A stretch of DNA of 64,000 nt, taken from Nostoc sp. (GTDB lineage Bacteria; Cyanobacteriota; Cyanobacteriia; Cyanobacteriales; Nostocaceae). Under the pieces are notes generated by a model. That model worked only from the letters and a program-made list of their open reading frames with translations. It had not been told where the DNA came from and ran no database searches. Positions 7,477 to 17,619 of this stretch are shown here, piece after piece. The stretch is taken from NCBI GenBank assembly GCA_036918135.1, contig JBALDB010000056.1:96001-160000 (forward strand), read 5' to 3'. Position numbers and translations under genes: made by a program. How positions within the stretch are numbered: the stretch's first letter is position 1; every line of letters starts with the position of its first letter.

Positions 7477-10400
7477 CTAGACTATAACATTAGTACCAAC
7501 TATCAAATTGCTAGCGGTGAAATTATTTAAAGTTACCAACGTGCTGAAACCATCACCACCACCGTTAGCGTCAACCTGCACTTGGGTAGAAGTACCCGAT
7601 TGCACGAACTGTAGATAGCCATCACCGTAGGGAGAGCCACCATTGTAGCCCAGACTCTTGAATAAATCAGTTAAAACTAACTTATCCTGGTTTTGATTAA
7701 AATCAGTGATTTTATCGCCAGTAGTACCCTTGTCACTTAAGGCTTGATAGACAAACTGGTCGTTACCGCTACCACCAGTGAGGCTGTCGTTACCAGCACC
7801 TCCAACGAGGATATCATTTCCCGTACCACCAATGAGTGTGTCATTGCCGATACCACCCCGCAGCAAGTCGTTGCCACTCTTGCCATCAATTTTATCGTTA
7901 CCCCCCTGACCATTAACTACATCATTTGAGTTATCTAAACCTGTAATGTTGTTAGCAAGGTCATTGAGGAAAGTCACAGTGTTGTTGATACCAATGCTTG
8001 TATCAGTGGAGTTAGCATCCAGGACATTAAAGCTATCAGTAATGCTAGTTTGTCCATCAAATAAGATATTGCCAATGGCTGGTGTTGTACCAGAAGCTTT
8101 TAGGTTCTCCAAATCTTCTAATTTGAATTTTTCGAGGATGACTTTTGTGTCACTCACTCCTTCAAAGGTGATTTCCAAACTTGTGCCATTCTGGGTAAGC
8201 AGCAGATTTTGGGCAGTTAAACCAGCACCTTGGAATTTGATGGTATCTACTTCCGCAATGACTGCTGCTGAGGGATTTGTGCCTTTACCCACTCCACCAA
8301 AATCGGTGATAGTATCAGTCTGGTCACGCAAGTTATAGACAAATTTATCTTTGCCACCGCCACCAGTTAGGGTGTCGTTGCCTTTCTTGGCTGTGATGGT
8401 ATCGTTGCCCGCTTTACCGTTAATTTTGTCCGGGGAGTTGCTGCCCACTAGGATATCAGCGCCACTAGTTCCAGTGAGGTTAAGACCGTCAGACTGGAGT
8501 TCATCAGCACCAATATCAACTTTTCCACCAGATATGCGGTTAAATCCAGAACCACGTTGGTCAGTGGTGACACTAGCAGGAATTAGGGCATTATTACCAG
8601 CGTTAATCGCAGGACTACCTGTAAGTAAATCTTGAGTCAAGGTTGGGCCACCGTTATCTTGCAGTTGCCCAAGTTTGGGATCGATGGGGTTGCTGCTAGT
8701 GCCCACTAAGGTGCTGGTGGTAAAGCCAGTGCTACCAGTATTATTGCCAATCAGGTTATTACCAGCATCAGTGAAGCTGCCAAAAACGTCTGGAGAATCC
8801 GGTGCATTAACCGCAGAATTACCCGCAACGATGGTGTTTCCAACAACCACAGTGCCTTTAGAGTCATTGAAAACACCCCCACCGTTGCCATTCTCGTAAA
8901 TAGCATCTGCCTTATTATTAGTAATGGTGTCATTGGTAAGGGTGAGAGTGCCTGTGTTAAATATGCCACCGCCGTTGTAGTTTGAGAAATTGCCAAAGAC
9001 AGTGCTGTTAGTTATATCGGCAGTGCCGGAGTTATAAATGCCGCCACCATAGGTCGAGTAGGGATCAGGGCTTGTGCGGTTCAGACCACTAGCATCAATA
9101 CTATTATTATAAACAGTGCTGTTAGTTATCTTCAGAGTACCTGTATTAAATATACCGCCACCATAGGTAGAAGTGAAGTCACCATTCGCACTATTATCAG
9201 AGATAGTACTGTTAGTCAGACTGAGAGTACCTTTGTTAAATATACCACCACCTAATGATGACCCCTGATTACCAGAGACAGTGGTGTTGGTCAGGCTGAG
9301 ATTGCCTCTGTTAAAAATGCCTCCGACTGCTCCCTGATTGTCTGAGACAGTACTGTTAGTTAAGTTAAGGCTGGTATTATTATTGAGAAGAATACTGCCA
9401 TATATGACATCATCAGCATTGGCAATCTTCAAGCCATCAATGCTGACATCTGTGCCTGTCCCCGTTATCTCAAATACTCCTGAGGCATTATTGCCGCCGA
9501 TAGTCAGCTTCGATGCTCCAGTTCCGACAATGGTTAAATCGTCAGTAATCGTCAGCTGCCCAGAGGTGAGGGTGATGACATCTGGCACGCCATCAGCGAA
9601 CATGCTGCCTGCAAAAGTAATTGTATTCGCTCCAGCAGTCGCATTGGCATTCAGAATCGCTTGTCGCAACGACCCTTTTCCCGAATCATTGGTATTAGTT
9701 ACTACTGTGTCAGTATTAACAGATAATGGACTAGTGGACTGGACTTCATAAGCACCAATATCAACTGTATTCCCAGATATTCGGTTAAATCCAGCACCTC
9801 TTTGGTCTGTGGTCACACTAGATGCTAAGGAATTCTTACCAGCGTTAATGGCAGGACTACCTGTCAGTAAGGCATAAGTTAAAGTTGCACCACCGTTATT
9901 TTGCAGAGGCCCGAGTTTTGGGTTAATCGGGCTAGTGCTGGTGCCCACTAAGGTACTGGTGGTAAAACCAGTGCTACCAGTCTTATTGCCAATCAGGTTA
10001 TTACCTAAATCGCTGAAATTACTGCCCGACACGTCCGGGTTGATGTCGCCGGACGTAGATTTATCGAAGTTACTTGCAATAATGGTATTCCCGACAACGG
10101 TGATTACGTCGTTCCGAGCAACAGTCTCATCATTGAAAACGCCACCACCGTTACCAATGCCATCGCTGTTAGAGTCAGCTATGTTGTTGGCGATTGTACT
10201 GTTAATCAGGCTAAGGTTGCTAAAGTTATAAATCCCACCCCCATCTTCTAAGGCCTGATTGCCAGAGACAGTACTGTTAGTCAGGGTAGCTGTACCGACT
10301 CTAAAACCATAAAAATCTGTTCCGTTATAAATACCGCCGCCGTAGTAGTTCGCTGTATTGTTAGAGACAGTGCTATTGATCAGCTTTAAATCACCTGAGC

Positions 10401-11625
10401 TAGAAATGCCACCACCATAGTTTGCTGTATTACCAGAGACAGTGCTATCGGTAAGCCGAATGCGGTCACTCCCCAAGCCATCCACTGAACTATAAATACC
10501 ACCGCCCTCGGAGGTCGCTGTGTTCCCAAAGACGCTGCTTTTAGTGAGACTAAGGATACCTGAGTTGTCGATACCACCACCGGAGTTTGCCGTATTGCCA
10601 GAGATATTAGTATTGGTCAGCTTCAGGATGCCTGAGTTGTAGATACCACCGCCCGGATTAGTTGCGGTGTTACCAGAGACATTACTGTTAGTCAGGCTAA
10701 GGATGGTATTACCATCGACCAAAATACCTCCGCCATATCCACTATTACCATTAACAATTTTTAAACCATCAATGGTGGCATCTGTTCCTATTCCTGATAT
10801 CTCAAACACTCTAGAGGCATGATTGCCACTGATCGTCAACTTAGATGCCCCAGTTCCCAAGATGGTGATATCATCAGTGATTGTCAGTTGTCCAGAGGTA
10901 AGAGTGATGGTATCTGGAGTGGCATCAGCGAACACACCGCCGAAGGTAATGGTATCATTTCCAGCAGTCGCATTGGCTAACTTAATTGCCTCACGTAAGG
11001 TAGTGATACCGTTATTCGCATTGCCATCATCAGCGTCGGCGGTACTATTCACCGTAAACGTTGCCAGTACTCCTGCGTAAGCTTGCTGTGTGTTTTCTGT
11101 AAATGCTAAATTTACTTCCATCTGTGCAGTGCAAACTGACAACTCCCAGTTACCGCTTAATGCTGCATTGCCAATCGGCTGACTAGAAGCGGCAATATTT
11201 GCACTTGTGAGTTGGTGCAGTTTTTCTAAAAATTCTGCCCCTGCATCACCAAAAGCCACATTGCAACCGTACAGGAGTAAGTTTTTGGTGGAAAATATCT
11301 GCTGCCATTGTTGCAGTTGTTGGCTATATTCCTTGAGGGTGTCGAGTCCTAAATGAGTGTTGCCTAGTTGCAAACAACCAGGCGCACCGTGAGAGACTAA
11401 ATGAATGTCGGTGATGTCGGAGCGATCGCAATTCCTCAAAATTTCGGTAATTTGTTCAACACCGTTTTGTGTTTGGTCAAGTAGGAACACTTTGGTGTTA
11501 TTAACCACTCCTTTGACTAAACTGTTATAGTCTTCAATTCCCATATCGATGAAGACTAAACTATAGTTATCGGAGGTGAAAATTCTTGGATTTACTTGGG
11601 GGCGTGATGTGTGTAGCGTTGTCAT
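7477..11625 (-). CDS. Large secreted/surface protein: DUF4347, two beta-helix (GGGI/choice-of-anchor Q) modules, RTX Ca-binding repeats, T1SS C-terminal domain
   Basis: HLVSHGAPG and LLYGCNVA (DUF4347); TLREAI/SLRQAI; many GGGIYN; LGPLQNNGG..DQRG..DIGAYE twice; GGxGNDxL nonapeptides. Confidence 0.85.
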   Translation of the reverse strand: MTTLHTSRPQVNPRIFTSDNYSLVFIDMGIEDYNSLVKGVVNNTKVFLLDQTQNGVEQITEILRNCDRSDITDIHLVSHGAPGCLQLGNTHLGLDTLKEYSQQLQQWQQIFSTKNLLLYGCNVAFGDAGAEFLEKLHQLTSANIAASSQPIGNAALSGNWELSVCTAQMEVNLAFTENTQQAYAGVLATFTVNSTADADDGNANNGITTLREAIKLANATAGNDTITFGGVFADATPDTITLTSGQLTITDDITILGTGASKLTISGNHASRVFEISGIGTDATIDGLKIVNGNSGYGGGILVDGNTILSLTNSNVSGNTATNPGGGIYNSGILKLTNTNISGNTANSGGGIDNSGILSLTKSSVFGNTATSEGGGIYSSVDGLGSDRIRLTDSTVSGNTANYGGGISSSGDLKLINSTVSNNTANYYGGGIYNGTDFYGFRVGTATLTNSTVSGNQALEDGGGIYNFSNLSLINSTIANNIADSNSDGIGNGGGVFNDETVARNDVITVVGNTIIASNFDKSTSGDINPDVSGSNFSDLGNNLIGNKTGSTGFTTSTLVGTSTSPINPKLGPLQNNGGATLTYALLTGSPAINAGKNSLASSVTTDQRGAGFNRISGNTVDIGAYEVQSTSPLSVNTDTVVTNTNDSGKGSLRQAILNANATAGANTITFAGSMFADGVPDVITLTSGQLTITDDLTIVGTGASKLTIGGNNASGVFEITGTGTDVSIDGLKIANADDVIYGSILLNNNTSLNLTNSTVSDNQGAVGGIFNRGNLSLTNTTVSGNQGSSLGGGIFNKGTLSLTNSTISDNSANGDFTSTYGGGIFNTGTLKITNSTVYNNSIDASGLNRTSPDPYSTYGGGIYNSGTADITNSTVFGNFSNYNGGGIFNTGTLTLTNDTITNNKADAIYENGNGGGVFNDSKGTVVVGNTIVAGNSAVNAPDSPDVFGSFTDAGNNLIGNNTGSTGFTTSTLVGTSSNPIDPKLGQLQDNGGPTLTQDLLTGSPAINAGNNALIPASVTTDQRGSGFNRISGGKVDIGADELQSDGLNLTGTSGADILVGSNSPDKINGKAGNDTITAKKGNDTLTGGGGKDKFVYNLRDQTDTITDFGGVGKGTNPSAAVIAEVDTIKFQGAGLTAQNLLLTQNGTSLEITFEGVSDTKVILEKFKLEDLENLKASGTTPAIGNILFDGQTSITDSFNVLDANSTDTSIGINNTVTFLNDLANNITGLDNSNDVVNGQGGNDKIDGKSGNDLLRGGIGNDTLIGGTGNDILVGGAGNDSLTGGSGNDQFVYQALSDKGTTGDKITDFNQNQDKLVLTDLFKSLGYNGGSPYGDGYLQFVQSGTSTQVQVDANGGGDGFSTLVTLNNFTASNLIVGTNVIV

Positions 11626-12139
11626 TTGGTTATTTCAAGTTAAGGTTATGAGTAAAACTCAAACCGACTTTAGCCTTGTGATTATAGGGTTTTCACACAA
11701 CTACCAACAACTAAATCAAGAACTAAGACAAACTATATATTCACTAGGAATTTTTTCTTCATTGGTATCATCTAGCAAGTTGGTGATTTTGTAAAGCAGC
11801 AAATCTAGATAATTTTACTAGGTTACTCAAATCATCTTAATGATATTTGTCAAAAACCAGGCTTTTTCGACGTTAGACTTGAAAATCTCCTTTTTTATTC
11901 CAAAAACCTAGTTTTTTAATTTATTGGAAATAATACTAAATATTAATTAATGAATATATTGCTTAATATTTGTTTCAACATTGTCTCTATCACATTGATA
12001 GATTAAATACATAATATATCTTAATATATAAACTGCAATAATTAAGCCAAAAAGATTTATAGTAATTTTTCGCAAATATTAATTTTCTAATACTGCTGAT
12101 CGGGCAGAATATAAATAATTATTATAAATAATAAATAAT

Positions 12140-14374
12140 ATGGAAAAAAGTGTTATTAATGCCAGCCTTTCGACTGAGAACCTAACCTTTCGTCCAGGTG
12201 ATACTCCTGCTTCGTTTGAGGTAACTGTCAATAATGACAGCGATCGCTTTGTGAATTTTCAGCTAGAAATTACCGCCGCTGGAGAAACTCGCAATTCAGG
12301 ATATGTTTGGTATAAACTTCAACCGGAAGTGGCAGCAGCTAAGCCACCAGGCAGTAGTACGATATTCCAAGTGTTGATATTTAATACACCGATAGTCGGA
12401 TTTGTCGGCACTGTTAACCTGATGGTAAAGGTTTTTTCACCACAGTTAGCACAACAATGCAGACTTGTGCTACGCCTAAAAATTGAGCGAGACAATAGAC
12501 CAACACAATTAAGTTTAGAATTACCTGTGCGAGAGTTCCAAGTTTATCCGCGTAATGCTGTAGATATACCAGTACGGGTGCGGAACTTGAGTCAACAACC
12601 GACTAATGTAACGCTACGTTTTACAGGCGTCGATCCTTCTTGGCTGACTAATAGTGCAGAACGGCGATTAGCCCTAGATGCAGGTGGTTTAGCAGAAGCG
12701 ACATTCCAATGCCAGCCTCCTTCTGTCGTCCAAGCACCCAGCCAAAACTATCCTTTTGTGATTGAAGCTGTTAGCAATAATGGTTACCCTACTACTACCC
12801 AAGGCAATATTGAAGTTTTACCTGTGGGTTTTGTAGAATTTACCACCACACACAAACAGCAAAAAATTCCTAGTAAATCGGCATGGTTACCCGACTGGAA
12901 ATCTAATACAGCCTCCTTTGAATTGCTATTTAAAAATGCTAGTAACTTATATCAGCAACTTGATGTCCAAATTCAAGGTAGAGACCAACGAAAATGTAGT
13001 TTTAAAAAGTCTCCCGAAGCCACCAATTTGAATTTAGGAGAGACAACTAAAGTTATTCTCGATGTTAAAACAAAACGCCCTTGGCTCGGAATAGGCAAAA
13101 CTTTATTACTGGAGGCTAAATCGGAATTATCCGACCAACGTTTAGGTAGTACAGACCCCGCTACCCAGACATTAGAAGTGCAGGTTTTACCGATTATACC
13201 TCTGTGGTTACAATTAGCAGCGATCGCATTATTAGCAGCACTGATAGCATGGATAGTGCAACCCAGAGGTGTCATGCATACGCGTTCTGTGAACTCGGTG
13301 CGTTTGAGTGGCATTGGTTTGTCTGTTGTCAGTGGTTCAGATGATTGCACATTAAGACTTTGGAGCATCGGTGCCGAACGCTTAGACCCGGATGACAGAG
13401 TAACATATAATGGGCAGCCTGTAGCTTGCGAGCAACGGCAACAGCCCAAAGGTCTGATGGCGATTACCGATGATGCTGTAGAAGTCTTACGCTTCATGCC
13501 ATTACAAAACGACCGTGTTGCCGTCGGTTTAGATAATGGTGTAATTGAACTCAGGGATGTACCTTCAGGTGCTAAAATTAGCGAACTTCAAGACCTTAAA
13601 GACCCAAAAGCAAAAGGCGATCGCGTTTTTGATTTAGCTTTCACTCCCAACTCACTAAATTTATTTAGTGGTTATGGCAGTGGTAAAGTGAGATTATGGT
13701 CAAGACCAGCGCCTAACACCAATTTCCTGCCAGAACCGCAAGCGATCGATGTCCAAAGTACATTGAAACTATCAGGTTTCCAAGTCCGTGCCTTAACTCT
13801 CAGTCCAGATGCTACAACTGTTGTAATTGCTGGAAACTTTAAGCGCTTCGTCTTATGGCAGTGGAATTCAAATCAAACTAATAAAAAATTTCCAGGTTTA
13901 TCAGTGCAAAATCTGGAAAAATTAGATGAAAGAGTTGGGCGTGAAGATTATATTTGGGCATTAGCTTTTGTTCCTAACTCGGCAGAAAAAATCCTCGCAA
14001 CCTCTGATTCTGCGGGATACATTACAATTTGGAATTTAAATCGCTGCCAAACTCTCAAAAATCCCAATCCCCAGGTACAAGTAAATGAACTAAATTGCCC
14101 AACACTAGACCGCTGGTCAGCGTCGAAAACATCTGTGCGTAGTCTGGCATTTAGTGAAGATGGTAATCTGCTAGTAAGTGGTGGCGACGATGGGCGAGTC
14201 GTAGTTTGGTACTTAACCCCCGACCATAAACTTGACAAAGCAAAGGCAGCAGAAGGTAAAACAATTTACCAAAGCTCTAAAAAAATCAATAGTATCGACT
14301 TGAAAACTAATCAAGGAACCATGATTGTGAGTGGTAGTGAAGATTTTCAGGTCAAACTACACCGCATCAAATAA
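12140..14374 (+). CDS. Ig-like (COG1470-type) repeats, single TM, C-terminal WD40 beta-propeller
   Basis: VRVRN..W..LAL..G repeats; TM LWLQLAAIALLAALIAWIV; SGSDDCTLRLW, SGGDDGRVVVW, SGSEDFQVKL WD repeats. Confidence 0.75.
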   Translation: MEKSVINASLSTENLTFRPGDTPASFEVTVNNDSDRFVNFQLEITAAGETRNSGYVWYKLQPEVAAAKPPGSSTIFQVLIFNTPIVGFVGTVNLMVKVFSPQLAQQCRLVLRLKIERDNRPTQLSLELPVREFQVYPRNAVDIPVRVRNLSQQPTNVTLRFTGVDPSWLTNSAERRLALDAGGLAEATFQCQPPSVVQAPSQNYPFVIEAVSNNGYPTTTQGNIEVLPVGFVEFTTTHKQQKIPSKSAWLPDWKSNTASFELLFKNASNLYQQLDVQIQGRDQRKCSFKKSPEATNLNLGETTKVILDVKTKRPWLGIGKTLLLEAKSELSDQRLGSTDPATQTLEVQVLPIIPLWLQLAAIALLAALIAWIVQPRGVMHTRSVNSVRLSGIGLSVVSGSDDCTLRLWSIGAERLDPDDRVTYNGQPVACEQRQQPKGLMAITDDAVEVLRFMPLQNDRVAVGLDNGVIELRDVPSGAKISELQDLKDPKAKGDRVFDLAFTPNSLNLFSGYGSGKVRLWSRPAPNTNFLPEPQAIDVQSTLKLSGFQVRALTLSPDATTVVIAGNFKRFVLWQWNSNQTNKKFPGLSVQNLEKLDERVGREDYIWALAFVPNSAEKILATSDSAGYITIWNLNRCQTLKNPNPQVQVNELNCPTLDRWSASKTSVRSLAFSEDGNLLVSGGDDGRVVVWYLTPDHKLDKAKAAEGKTIYQSSKKINSIDLKTNQGTMIVSGSEDFQVKLHRIK

Positions 14375-14387
14375 GGGAGTCGATAAC

Positions 14388-16700
14388 ATGCAAGCTAAAT
14401 TCAATCCATTACAAGTTTATATCAACCCTCCTGATATCCAATTTGGGATGCCTGGAGATACCATTGTTCTCTATGTAGTTGTCAGCAATCAGGGAGACCA
14501 GAGTGCTGTTATTGACTTATATTTTGTTTTTGATGAGGTTTTTCAAAATTTAACAGGCTGGTCTAGTTCTCCGAGAGAAAGTTTAGCATTAGCTCCAGGA
14601 CAAAGTAGCGATGAAGTTGTATTTGAATTTCAAATCGCCCCTGAAGCTTTTCCAGGAACCTATGACTATACCCTAGTTGTAGACTCCCCTGAACACTACC
14701 CCCAAGATACTCCCATTACTTTCCCAAATCAAATTAAAGTTCTGCTTAAAGAACAGACCGCAATTCGTTTAAATGACCCGACATTTTCTATTAGACCTAA
14801 TACTAATCCTAACAAACCGCTAATTTTTAATTTTAGCGAACCTTTGCAAGTCGAGGTGATAGTTGACAATCGCTCTTATCTGGTAGATCGTTTCCGGTTG
14901 GCTTGCCCAGATTTAGACGATGACTGGTTTACAATTAATTATCCCAAGACTGGATTCGAGGGACAAGGGTTGGTGTCTGACGTAACTGCACTCGAACTCA
15001 ATCCTGGTACTCAAGGTCAAATATTATTAAAATTTCATCCACCTGTAAATACCTTGGCTGGCAGCTACTCTCCGACAATCCGCTTATATTCGGAAAACTC
15101 TCCAGACTTAGTGCTACTGGATTTGGTATACATTCAAATTCCCACAAATTATCGCCTAGACATAGAACTGAATACGATTTTGGGACAAGTTAGCCGTAGT
15201 CTTGGCAAGTATGAATTATCACTGGCTAATCAGGGTAATATTGTCCGCGAACTGATGTTGAGCTTAAAAAGTCGAGATGAAGAAGAACTGTATACTTACG
15301 CTTTTGACCCTACTGAAGTAAGATTATTACCTAGTAAAAGTGCCATAGCCAATTTGATGGTCAAACCTAAACCTTGGTGGCGACGACCGTGGTTTGGTAC
15401 AGGGCTAGTTGTCAACTTTAGAGTTGATATTAAAGACCAACAAAGTTTACCTTTACCTAACACATTGCCTCAGGGAACCTTGGTATGGAAACCTCGCCCT
15501 TGGTGGCAATTTCTCCTGTTACTTTTAGCAATTTTGGGTGTATTGGGAGGAATAGGATTTATTATTTGGCGAGTTTTAAATCCGGAACCTTTGAGATTGG
15601 AAAATTTTAGTGCTAATAACCCACGAATCACTGAAGACGAAGATGAGGTAGCTTTGAGGTGGCAGATTCACAATTATCAACAGTTACAAAATCTGATTTT
15701 AACAACCAAAGGTTCGCAACCGATTCAGCCGATTACCTATGACTTTAGGAATGGTATTCCTGAGTCGTTAGGTAAAGGCAGCGCTAATGAAATACCTCCT
15801 TGTCAGGTGCAAGAAAAACAAGAATTAATTTGTAGCAATGTCAAAACTGGAGTGAAAACTAGAGGAAATTATACTTTTGAGTTACAAGCATTTTATCGTA
15901 ATGGGATACAGTTATTTTCTCCCAAAGAGCAAGTAGTAACTCAAACAACTCAAGTAGAAGTAGCTGAGAAACAAATTGCTCAAGTGATTAATTTTCAAGC
16001 AGATAAAACCCAATATACTAAAGGTCAAAATATTCTTTTAAGTTGGGCGATCGCTCGTCCTTTATTACTCGCACAAGTTCAAGTTACTGGTAATGCAGAT
16101 GATGGTACATTATACGGTGAACCAATTACTTATAAATTCAATCAAGGTAAGATAACCGACCCGAAGCTGCAAAAATTATGCACGCAACAAAATCAACAAC
16201 TTCAATGTAAAAATATTCCTCTATCAGCATCTAAAGCTGGAAAATTTGCCTTTAAAATCAAAGCTTTTCCGAATAATGGAAGTCAAAAAATTGATGCTAA
16301 AAATACTGAATCTAAAATCGAAATCTTACCGAAACCATTTAAGATTATCTCTTTTACTATCAACGGTAGCGAACAACCAAATGTAGTTCTCAATGAAGGA
16401 GCAACTGCTACTCTTAACTGGAAAGTAGAAGGAGAAAATATTCAGGTGAAACTTCAACCATACGGCAATGATGTTGCACCAGTTGGTTCAATCAAACTTC
16501 CAGTTAATTTAGCTTTCCCACCTCAAATTGCATTGCAAGTTAATGATATATCTGGGAAGCAGCAACCCCAGCAGCGAGGATTTGCAATCACAGTTATTAA
16601 AAAAGTAGTGCCGACTCCTGTACCTCCCCTAAACCCAATTCAACCTACTCTTCCACGCAGTAACCCATTTAAGAGTCCTTTACCTCTACCTCTAAGGTAA
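14388..16700 (+). CDS. Ig-like (COG1470-type) repeat single-TM membrane protein
   Basis: Likely start ATG at 14388 after GGGAG; PG..V.V.N.G repeats, KPKPWWRRPWFG, TM WWQFLLLLLAILGVLGGIGFIIW, extracellular beta-rich repeats, Pro-rich tail. Confidence 0.75.
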   Translation: MQAKFNPLQVYINPPDIQFGMPGDTIVLYVVVSNQGDQSAVIDLYFVFDEVFQNLTGWSSSPRESLALAPGQSSDEVVFEFQIAPEAFPGTYDYTLVVDSPEHYPQDTPITFPNQIKVLLKEQTAIRLNDPTFSIRPNTNPNKPLIFNFSEPLQVEVIVDNRSYLVDRFRLACPDLDDDWFTINYPKTGFEGQGLVSDVTALELNPGTQGQILLKFHPPVNTLAGSYSPTIRLYSENSPDLVLLDLVYIQIPTNYRLDIELNTILGQVSRSLGKYELSLANQGNIVRELMLSLKSRDEEELYTYAFDPTEVRLLPSKSAIANLMVKPKPWWRRPWFGTGLVVNFRVDIKDQQSLPLPNTLPQGTLVWKPRPWWQFLLLLLAILGVLGGIGFIIWRVLNPEPLRLENFSANNPRITEDEDEVALRWQIHNYQQLQNLILTTKGSQPIQPITYDFRNGIPESLGKGSANEIPPCQVQEKQELICSNVKTGVKTRGNYTFELQAFYRNGIQLFSPKEQVVTQTTQVEVAEKQIAQVINFQADKTQYTKGQNILLSWAIARPLLLAQVQVTGNADDGTLYGEPITYKFNQGKITDPKLQKLCTQQNQQLQCKNIPLSASKAGKFAFKIKAFPNNGSQKIDAKNTESKIEILPKPFKIISFTINGSEQPNVVLNEGATATLNWKVEGENIQVKLQPYGNDVAPVGSIKLPVNLAFPPQIALQVNDISGKQQPQQRGFAITVIKKVVPTPVPPLNPIQPTLPRSNPFKSPLPLPLR

Positions 16701-16721
16701 TCTGACTAAAAAATTAATGGA

Positions 16722-17549
16722 TTACACTTTTTGGGAAATGTGAAAAGCAGAGATATAGGAAAGTTGCAGACTACCACCGAAATCATCTTCTATGCGATGC
16801 CTCAATCCTGAAAATAAAGACTCTTTGGTGTGTGGATCTAATTTTAGATATGGCGAGTAAGTATTTAAAAGTGTTAGATATTCATCTACAGTGTAGGTTA
16901 CTTGCGATCTAACTTGTTCAGATATCAAGTCTTTGAATTGCCCCGATTCAATAGCCATATTTCCTAATTCTCTCAAGACATATTCTTGAGTTGCTTGATC
17001 TTCATAGCGATTAAGAGATGGAGTATATACTTGATAAATTTCAGATAAGCTTTTATACACTTCGTAGCTGGGTTGAAGTTCTTTATTCCACAATAAAATT
17101 AAACGGCTACTTTCTTTGAGAGCATTTGCGGCTTTTGGATATCCTATTTCCGGTAATATCCAATGAAAAGAACTCGCTGCTAAAACGGCATCAAATTCAA
17201 AAGGTTTGAGTTTCCACTCTTCAAAGGATGTGTTTTCAATCTCTACATTGGAATAGGGTTGACAATTGTATTCAGCTAGCTGAAAAAAATCTGGGTTAGG
17301 TTCCAAGCAGGTCATTGAGCAACCCAATTGAGCAAATGCTACCGTTGCAGTTCCAGGGCCACATCCCAATTCCAGAATTTTTGAATTTGTGGAGAGTTGA
17401 GCAACTTGTGCAACTTGCTCAATCAACTCCTGAGGATAGCGGGGTCTTGCTTTGTTATAAGCTTTGGCTGCGGCAGAATACCAATTTTTGCGCTGTTCGA
17501 GGTCTGTGGTGGAGCAGCTGATTATTTTTTGTTTTATGTCTTCGATCAT
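16722..17549 (-). CDS. Class I SAM-dependent methyltransferase
   Basis: ILELGCGPGTAT, ASSFHW, RPRYP motifs. Confidence 0.9.
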   Translation of the reverse strand: MIEDIKQKIISCSTTDLEQRKNWYSAAAKAYNKARPRYPQELIEQVAQVAQLSTNSKILELGCGPGTATVAFAQLGCSMTCLEPNPDFFQLAEYNCQPYSNVEIENTSFEEWKLKPFEFDAVLAASSFHWILPEIGYPKAANALKESSRLILLWNKELQPSYEVYKSLSEIYQVYTPSLNRYEDQATQEYVLRELGNMAIESGQFKDLISEQVRSQVTYTVDEYLTLLNTYSPYLKLDPHTKESLFSGLRHRIEDDFGGSLQLSYISAFHISQKV

Positions 17550-17619
17550 CTATTCAATTCCTTCAAATCCTTTTATGGCTGGATTATTCACCAATTCCGA
17601 ATTGTGGATTCTGACTAGC

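Noticed and set aside
7744..11080. Many plus-strand ORFs inside the DUF4347 gene (and similar minus-strand ORFs in 47671-51045)
   Set aside because: Antisense shadows of repetitive Gly/Asn/Thr-rich coding sequence.
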